From Haliotis rufescens (taxonomy: Eukaryota), in contig NW_025963815.1 of the NCBI RefSeq assembly GCF_023055435.1, forward strand, positions 310,001 through 374,000: a DNA stretch of 64,000 nucleotides. Direction: 5' to 3'. Under the pieces are notes generated by a model. It had not been told where the DNA came from. It searched no databases and was given only the letters and a program-made list of their open reading frames with translations. Below, in pieces: positions 28,001 to 38,430 of the stretch. Both the position numbers and the translations under genes were made by a program. Position 1 is the first letter of the stretch. Every line of letters begins with the position of its first letter.

Positions 28001-31000
28001 TACACAAGTACAATGTGACATCACCTTGATTTCATTATACCAAGGTCCTGGAATTTGATAATGCGGATTCTTGATAACTTAATAATATTTTGTAATATGG
28101 AAACGAAAAAAAGGGAGAGACGGAACTTGAACCCACTATGACAGGTTTCTAGAACACCGATAGGACGCAACCATGCACAGCGAATTGCGGTGCTATGTTG
28201 CCCTTTATGCCAAGTGGAATCAGTTTCGACAGATAATCTAGGCTGGTTTTTCTCTTGTATTGACAATTTATATTTACTCAACTGGGGCACCTGGATCCCC
28301 GATAGCCGTAACGTAGAGCAGTAATCATCCACCAAACTAACGACTAATGTTGTTTAATGGCATTTTTAAAATTGTTTCACAACAGCGTTTATGTTCTTTA
28401 AAGGCATTGTTTAAAGTTGGTTAAGGACATTGTTTAAAGATGTTAAAAGTCATTGTTTAAAGCTGTTTTAAGACATTGTTGAAGTTGTTTAATGCCATCG
28501 TTTCAAGTTGTTTAATGACATTGTATAAAGTTGTTTAAGAACAATGCTACCGGTGGGGCAGGATAAGCTCACCTTTTCGCGAACGCCTGGTATTAATACT
28601 ATTTAATAGTGATTCACAAACACATTCTTATGATATAGTCGGAATCGTACAGGGGACTGCTTTTTGCAGAGCTTCCTTATGCTTATGGAAAGGGTTTTTT
28701 GTTGCTTTTATTTATTAATAAGTATAATTATCCAAGTATGTGTTTTTCTCACAGGTGATGTGACATTAACGGCGACAGTGACGGTATCACTGGCCAGCGA
28801 CACCACAAGGACAGTTCAGGCCAGTATCTCCCTCGTTACCAAGTCAACGCCTCTTGTCGCTCTTATCAAAGGTAAAGGAATCATGTTTGTTTGTTTGTTT
28901 GTTTGTTGTTAACGCAGCACTCAGCAATATTCCAGCTTAATGGCGGCGGTCTGTAAATAATCGGTGTTGGCCAGACAATCCAGTGATTGATGTTTTGAGC
29001 ATCGATCTACGCAATTGGAATACGATGACATGCATCAACCAAGTCAGCGGACCTGACCAGCCGATACCGTTAGTCGCCTCTTACGACAAGCATAGTCGCC
29101 TGTTATGGCAAGCATGGGTTGCTGAAGACCCATTTTACCCCGAATCTTCACGGGTCAGCAATCATGTAATGTGACAGTCGAATGTGCGAGGGGTAAATAT
29201 CACTGCCACGGATCTACCAGTTAATATAATAGGCATTTGAAGTCATCGAAACACCAAGTGTTCTGCAAAATGCAATCTCGTCATTCCGGAATGTGCTGTT
29301 ATGGAATCGCTGTGAGCAGTTACAACTGTACATACAGAAAGTTACCTGTTAGGAACTGGAGAGGAAAACAGCCTTTCATTACCTAGAGAATGACTATAAG
29401 ATTCTAGAGAATACGGATTATTTCGCGCGACTTTACGTCACTCGTTTACGAGGAACGTCACAGGGAATAACTATTTACAGTCAAACACCGTTGTGTCGAA
29501 CTTTCGTTTGTCTCTAAGAAAAAGCTGGGTCCCTGTGTATTTCTTCTTTATTCATCAGTTTCGATTGTGCAAAATCTCGGATAACTCGAAGTATTCCCGT
29601 AGGCCCCTGCAACTTCGACACAACGGTGTTTGAGTGTATATATAACAATAATCCTTTGCGTTTAAAGGAGAATAGATGTGAAATGCCAAGCCTACAAATA
29701 CATTTACTGGACTGTCATATAGCACCCGAATTATGATTCGTTACGATATCCAAATATCAGAAAGCTGGTAAACTCGATCTTTCAATCCTTATTCTAGTAA
29801 ACCCTTATGTTATATCATATTTCTTCCAAAAGACAATACTGAAATGCGTGCATAAGGTTAGAAATCTGGTGCAAAATATTGAGCCGTATGTTGTATCTGT
29901 GGGCGCTGAGGTAGCCTAGTGGTTAAAGTGTTCGCTCGTCCCGCCGAAGACCCGGGTTCGATTCCCACATAGGTAGGATGTGAGAAACCTATTTGTGATG
30001 TCCCCCGCCGTGATATTGTAGGAATATTTCTAAAAGCGGCGTAAAACAATACTTAATCACATGTTGCATCTGATTTGTGAAGTGTATATTGTGGCATTCG
30101 GAAGTGATGGAAGCGCCTCATAAATATCTAGCCTCAGATTGAGTTACTTTAGCTCATCTTCAAGTGTGCACACTTTTTCGCGAAGGCACACACTCATATC
30201 TTATATGCTAAAAGGATTTTGTTTAAGGCGTCAACTTTTGGTATATTCACACGACGAAATCAAGCAATTTGAACACCTGGTGTCATCACCATTTAATAGT
30301 AATCCATAAACACATGCTAATTCTTTAATCGGAATCATACAATGGCCTGTATTAAGCCGAGATTTCTTAGATTATGGAACTGGTTTTGTTGCTTTTATTG
30401 CCATGTTAAAGGATGCACCACAGAGATGTAGGGGGGGGGGGGGGGGGGGGGGTCGCTGTGTAGAGTTGCGTCCATTGGGCACGCAAGAAGAGTTTGAATC
30501 CCGTTTCGCCCCGATTATGTTCCTAGGTTTGTCAGCACCGTGCCCGTGGTAAAGGTCAGAGACCTGCATCACTTCGGGCTTTCTTCCCACATTAAGCTGA
30601 CTTGCCGCGATATAACGGGAATACTGTTAAAAGCGGCGTTAAACCCAACTCACTCACTCCTTGTGTTATCTGTGATGTGTTAATTGATTCTAAGTTTGTT
30701 TGGAACTAACTTCCAAGTTTGTAGGGAGTGGGACGATTTGGGATGAAAAATGTCAACGAGTACCAGTTCTGATTAATCAAGGAACGTGAATATATAACTC
30801 GGGTCAGCAGCGTGACAGGTCCAGAATGGCCTCTGAACGTCGGTGGCCACCTGTTTGTATTGTGTAAAGTCACAGACATGACCTAGTGGATTGTTGGTTC
30901 CAGGATCGGACACGGTTACCATAGGAACACAGACGGGCCAGCTCGAGCTTGACGGAAGTAATTCCCGTGACCCGGATGGAGCTGCTGGCAGTCTTGTGTA

Positions 31001-34000
31001 TGAGTGGGCATGCATCGTGCAGATAGCGGTAAGATGTGTGCTGATTTGGTTGTTGTTTTATGCCGCAATCACCATTATTCCAGAAACATCCCGGCGATAT
31101 ATATATATGTTTTATAAATAGACCCATTTTTTAGTCAATTTATAAAATGATTGAAAATGACTGAAATGACTGGATATCTACTTCTTGTACGCAACATCGT
31201 ATGTGTCACGTGTGCCCAAGAAACACGTGACACATTCCACCTAAAACCTGCAAATGTTAAAGGTCATCGATATAAACTCAAAGACAATGAAAACGTTTTA
31301 TGACAATTTATCAGTGACAACAAAGATCTATAGACCATATTTTCAGGTGGCAGCCAAATTGAACACTTTTCCATCCACGAATATACTTTTGGAAATTATG
31401 TTACCATCAATGCGTTTCTTGTTCAAGGGAGCATATAAACGCAGCCATGCAGATAATCTAAATGTACATATCTGTACTTCTACTCTCAGCGAATCTACAA
31501 CGAATACAAATAAATCCTATGTACACATCTCCTTGTATTTTACAGTCGTCAACAGCTACATGTCTTGATCCCACCGGATCTACCTTCCCGACAAGTTCTG
31601 AGCGCTCTTCAGCAACGTTGACGATGGCGACGACTCGGTTGTTGAGCGGCAAAACCTACTTATTTACACTGACCGTCAGCAAGTCTAGCGGGAGTACCAC
31701 GAGGTCCAACAGCGCCTCCGTCACAGTCGTCACTGTGGAGGGCACGCCACCAAAGGTTCGTTACATCAGAATGAGTGAGTTGGGTGTGATGTCGTTTTAA
31801 GCACCATTCCCGTCATACCACTGCAGGGAACTCAACTGTAGGCATCCAGCTTTGTACCATGATGGGATTCGAGCATTGATTTTCAATCCTTTGCTCTGTA
31901 TACTGAGTGAGTAAATGAGTATGGTTTTGAGCCGCTTTGAGCAATATTCCAGCAATATCACGGCGGAAAACAGCAGAAGACGGCTTCACACGTTGTACCC
32001 ATGTGGGGAATCGATCCCGGGTCTTTGGTGAGACAAGCGAACCCCTAGCTTGCCCCACCGCTACTCTTCCAAATGCTATACCTTGATACCTTGATACCTT
32101 GACCTTGATACCTTGATACTTTGACCTTGATACCTTGATACCTTGACCTTAATACCTTGATACCTTGACCTTGACCAATCGTCTAAGGAGTCGCGATTCG
32201 CTGTGCAGAGTTGCGTCCCTTGGGCACGCGCGAAACCTATGATTGCGGGTTCGAATCCCGGTTCGCCCCGATTATGTTTCTAGGTTTGTCAGCACCATAC
32301 CCGTGCGCGTGGGTTTCACCGAAGTGGTAAACTTCCGAGAGCTGCATCACTTCGAGCTTTCCTCCTACATTAAGCTGACACGCTGTGATATAACTGGAAT
32401 ACTGTTAAAAGCGGCGTTAAACCCAATTCACTCACTCACTCACTCACCTCGACACCTTGACCTTGACCAGTCGCCTAAGGAGCTGCAGTTCGCTGTCTAG
32501 AGTTGCCTACCTTGGGCACGCCGTGCTCATGGGTGTGAAAGTTTTAATCGTCTAGGACCTGCGTCACTTCGGGCCTTCCTCCCACATTAAGCTGACACGC
32601 CTTCGAATAACTGGCATACTGTTAAAAGCGGCGTTAAAGCCAACTCACTTACCAAGTTGATATTGCTTAATAACCCTAGTGAGTTCTTGAGTGGATGTGA
32701 GTTAATGTTTGTTCATGAAATGACAGGTGTCATCAACTCTGAGAGTTTCCATCCTCTGTAAACACCATTTCCTCATTACTTTCAATGAGCCTATTACATA
32801 TATCATTTCATAGGTTTAACTCGTTATATTTATATTTGCAGATCACGTTCAGAGACCTGGCCAATGACGGTAAAGTTAACTCGAACGGCGTCTTCACACT
32901 CACAGCTATCGTAGAATCTACGACGACAGTGACCTTCACCTGGGATTCAGAGGTCAAGGCTGGTATGTACAGCCGTGATATTATTTAGCGTCTTAAATGT
33001 ATTCAGGGCTTTTAGTGCCTGATAATATGTACATATGCATTGCACAAGAATGTGTTTGTTTGTTGTTTAACGCCACACACAGCAATATTTCAGCTATATG
33101 ACGGCGGTCTGTAAATAATCGAGTCTGGACCAGACAATCCAGTGATTGACATCATGAGCATCGATCCACGCAATTGGGACCGATGACATGCATCAACCAA
33201 GACAGAGTGCAGAGTTGCGTCCCTTTAGCACTCAAGAAACCTATGATTGTGGGTTCGAATCCCGGTTCGCCCCGATTATGTTTCTAGGTTTGTCAGCACC
33301 ATACCCGTGCTCGTGGGTTTCACTGAAGTGGTAAACGTCTGAGACCTGCATCATTTCGGGCTTTCCTCCCACATTAAGCTGACACGCCGTGATATAACTG
33401 GAATACTGTTAAAAGCGGCGTTAAACCCAACTCACTCACTCACTCTTTGTACACCGCTTTAAAGCAAAAAGATGGATGTCACGTGCCATCGAGCAACTGT
33501 TTTTTATCAATTTAGAATATATTTGAATTATATTACTATGTCACATTAAAACATGTCGATAACATAAATTCGTTGTAGCAGGATCACTCGGGGAACATGG
33601 CGTTTTATGCGTCCCGGGTTAGGTTTCATACCACGCGCCTCCGGCCTCCGGTACGTGGTCTGAAACCTGACTCTGGACGCATTAAACCCCATGTACTCCC
33701 CGTGGTCCAGCTGCAACTTATAATGGATGCACTTTTTGTGGCAGACAATTTCATTTTTTTCAATAAGCTGAATTTTAATTTTTTTTCTTCAAGCATTTAC
33801 TTGGGCAATCTATTTCGATAGAACCCCCTCTTTCTGTCACAGCTAAGACTGAATTTATTTCTCGTACCATAAAAAGCATAGTGCGCATTATATAATATGA
33901 AATAGTGTTATGTCATCAGGACCGACGTAAAGTGCCTTACCTCTGTCTGGTTGAGTCGGGTTCAAATAAAAATAAACTCATGTGTTTTTTTCACAGGTTA

Positions 34001-37000
34001 TGGCTTTGTGGACTTGACCAACACCGACAACCTGCAGACCACGCCCACATTGACGACCATCTCAACCAACACATACGTCACAGTGCTGTCAATCAAAGCA
34101 GGTAGGTAGATTACACGCTTATCGTTAATATCAGATGTCACCTTTATGATAAAATAAAGAAAACGTTTCCATAATCATATGAAATTTATACTGAGAGCGG
34201 TATCCAGGGTACGATTCCGACTATATCATAAGCAGGTGTTTATGAATGAGTATCAAATAGTGACACTAGGCGTTTAAATTCCTAGACGCCGTCGTTTTGA
34301 TATACTACAAGTTAAAGCTTCAAGCAAAACCATTTTAGAATATAGTGAGTGAGTGAGTGCGTTGGTTTAACACCGCTTTTAACAGTATTACAGTTATATC
34401 ACAGCTTATCAGCTTAATGTGGGAAGAAAGCCCGAAGTGATGCAGGTCTCAGACGTCTACCACTTCGGTGAAACCCAAGTGCATGGGTATGGTGCTGACA
34501 AACCTAGAAACATAATCGGGGCGAACCGGGGTTCGAAACCACAATCATAGGTTTCTTGCGTGTCCAAGGGACGCAACCCTGCACAGCAAATTGCGGCGCC
34601 TTAGACGAAAGGGCCACCCGTGCCAGCTTTTAGCATATAAGATATGATTGTCTGTTTTCGAATTAGAATAGTGCATGTTGGTAGGGAGGCCTAATCCCTA
34701 GTATGGGGCGTCAATTTGGTTGCTGGCGATCTATTTCCCTTTATTTATATTGTACTGTTAACTGATAGTTTATATTTTTACATGCTCTCAAAATTCAGAC
34801 ACGGGAGTTACCCACCTGCGTACATTTTGGGTATTAGTTTCAGTTTGTTTTTTGTCTAACTAAATTCTGTTTGTCACAGACATCCTACAGCGAGGGACGA
34901 ATTACCGCTTCAGGTGTACTGTCAACGACGCAAACGGAAAGTCTAACGTGGCAGCGAAGGAAGTCTATGTTTATAATGGCGTCACTTCCTGTTCCATCAC
35001 CGCGCCCACGTCCTATCAACAACTAGATTCGGTTAGTGTCATTGTGAAGGGGCAATGTCTCCAGCATAAACTGTTTTAAACATCCTTAGTTTCGATTAAT
35101 TATAGGAATATGAACGAATCGGTGGTCCTTAACTCTTTTGAGAAGAATAGTCCAAACAATCCTCTCCGGATGTTTTCTTTAGGAACATCTGCATATAATT
35201 AAAAAATAAGTGCCAGGGACCCGTTGTACAAAGCGATCTTAGCGCTAAGATGATCGTAATTCTCAGACATAGGCTTACATTTATCAAAGCGCTAAGATCG
35301 CTTTGTGGAGCGGCTCCGTGGCAGTGATTTTGTAGCCCAGAAACTATGATGAAGTCACACTTGTAATTAACATCTACATATCATATATACCTTCCTTGTT
35401 CCGGGGACGCAAGAGTTAACACAGATAAAACTGTAACTCAACACGCGTAGATGTCACCATTGGGCGTCCAACGAAACCTGTTAACAAAACCTGTTACACA
35501 TGATGCGTGTATGTGAAGTTCCAAATGTGTTCATCGACCGGAATTTCGCTGTGTTTTTTAGATCAGTCTGACTGTGACCAAGTGCTTCACCGACAGTGAC
35601 GGCAGTCCCCTCACCTACACCCTCTACCAGGTGAAGGGCGGCAGCGACACCTCCTTCCCCCTCTCCACAACTCAGGACAATGGGCAGTTTGTGGTCAACG
35701 TCGGCCCTAAGGATGACGGGTCTGGGAAGAACGTCTTCGCCGTTAAGGCAAGTATTCTGTCACGTCCTTCCCATCATGTAAGGACCATTTTACCGAAAAA
35801 AAATACAGGCTCAGGGAACATAACAATCAAACCAGTTGGTTCAACTTATGGATGCCAAAAATGTTTTACGTTGTTTTGATCGTGTATTTTTGCTTCTACA
35901 AAAATGACAGAAAAGAACATGCTACAAATATGAGACGAACAGTTCCAATTACTGAACATAATGAAGTACATTTTACATGCATCTAAACACATAATTTTCT
36001 GTACAACAAAAATGTTTCCATGTGGGAATTCATCAGGAATTAATTAATTAGATTTAATAACAGAAACAGGCGAATGCTGACATTAACATCTGCTCTCTTT
36101 TGGGTTAACGAATGCGAACTGAATAGCATTTATTTCAAGCATGTTTTTCATTTACATCTGAAATTGCCCTCCGTGAAGATCCAGGTTAGAATTGGTCTTC
36201 GGCAACTAATGCTTGTCGTAAGAGATGACTAACGGGATCGGGTGGTCAGGCGTAGATCGATGTTCATGACGTCAATCATGGGATTGTGTGGTCCCGACTC
36301 AATTATTTACAGACCACCGTCCTATAGCTGGAATATTGTTGAGTGTGGCTTTAAGCAACTAACAAAGATACTAAATGTTGGCCAAATTTCAATTTGCTCG
36401 ATCCCATTTTTTCAGGTGTGCGCAAACAAAGGAGGCTGTACGGTTTATAAAACGGGGGACATCACCGTGACGGCAGTTACTGCAGCTGCCCTGGCGGCCA
36501 AGGAGACGGCAGTGCTCGGCAACATCAACACGCTCACGAAAGAAGGTATTTCGATTCTATCACGTAGTTATTGTACCCGTCTTCAGCAACCCATGTTTTC
36601 GTAAGAGGCCACTAACGGAAGACTATTTCCTGATGTGTTTGAAGAAGACCTTGACTCGAATATTTCTAATTTGAAACTCCGTGATGATGACGTCATGCTC
36701 TGTGGTTACATGAGACCGGGTAGGTGATAAGTCTGCCCAATTCCCGTTACAATGTCACTCGGACTACTTAGTAACCCCTGAAGATCTGGGTTATAATTGG
36801 TCTTGAGCAACCCATGCTTGTCATGCTAGGCGACTAACGTGGTCGGGTGGTCAGACTTGGTTGATGTCCTCGGTTGGTCCATCATCTGGTCCACAATCGA
36901 TTATTTATAGGCCGCCGTCATATAGATGGAATATGGCTGAGTGCGGCGTTAAAAAAACCAAACAGACGTGGTTACTGCTCTGGCTTCCTTGGTTTAATGT

Positions 37001-38379
37001 TCTTGTGGCAATGGTCGTTATAACAACCGGCAACGCTTACTGCTTGTTCACAAGTCTATTGAAGAGACGCAAAGGTCAGCTATAGGTAAACTCAAACATG
37101 TTCCAGTAACTGACACAGACAAGTCAAACATGTTCCAGTAACTGACACAGACAAGTCAAACATCCCAGCAAGTAACTGTCCTCTCATGCCAAACATGTTG
37201 GCAACATCTAAGACATGGATGTTTTTGTTGTTGTTGTTGTTTGTTGTTTAACGCCACACTCAGCAATATTCAAGCTATATGACGGCGGTCTTTAAATAAT
37301 CGGGTCTGTTCCAGACAATCCAGTGATTGACATCATGAGCATCGATCCACGCATTTGGGATACGATGACATGCATCAACCAAATCAGCGAGCCTTACCAT
37401 CCGATCCCGTTAGTAGCCAATTACGACAAGCATAGTCGCCTCGTCGCCTCTTACGGCAAGCATGGGTTGCTAAAGACCAATTCTACCCCGGGTCTCCACG
37501 GGTCCTGCATGTGTTTCTATAACACTAAATGACATAAGTATTACTACAATCACTCGTATTATATTTTTGTCACAGGTAATCCCTTGGATGCTGCCGTCTC
37601 TCTCGGTATCTACATGTCTGCCGTCACCGCAAGTGTCAGCCGACGTCGACGTAGCGCTGATGAAGCCTTAGAACGTTACAGACGTAGCGCAGTCGTCACC
37701 ACAGACCTTGCAACCCTACAGATAGATCTCGTCAACAAATCCCTCAATACCATAAACCTGAAAGAGTCAGTGGGAAACACGTTGTATGGTGTTCTGGGCT
37801 CGTTACCCGCGACGACAGTCAGTGACAGCGACATGCAGGTGGTGACAGGGTTCTACTTGACCATCACAAACTTTTTCCAAACAAATACAATCAAAATGCA
37901 GGTAAGCAGTGTTCAGCATTTAAACACGTGGACTGTGTCCCTGACAGCAAGATCGATAACTGGTAGTGTTGTTACGGATCTGACTGCAAAGGCAAAGAAA
38001 GCCGCCAGGCTTGGATATCAATTGGAGGAGACTCAGACCTTCACCTTGTCTCAGTCAACCCGGAAGTACATGTTCGTCATACCCGGGACTGGCCACGTCA
38101 GCAAGGACACGGACAGTACCGTGATCAGTTTTGGAGACACCCTACGGAAACAGTAGGTCTATTTCTTCCCTTACCACACGCTGCGTAGTATTGACAGAAG
38201 GGACCTAAACTGACCCAATATTTACGGTGACACTAAATATAAATGTATGTCAATGATCTGTATTCCATCGAGGCTTAGTCCGACCTCTCCAAAACCATCA
38301 ACAAATCTACATGCAGAACCACACTTTACATAATATATACTGAACGAATAATTGTTTCTTTATCAATGTTGATAAGCAT

Positions 38380-38430
<51 letters not shown>

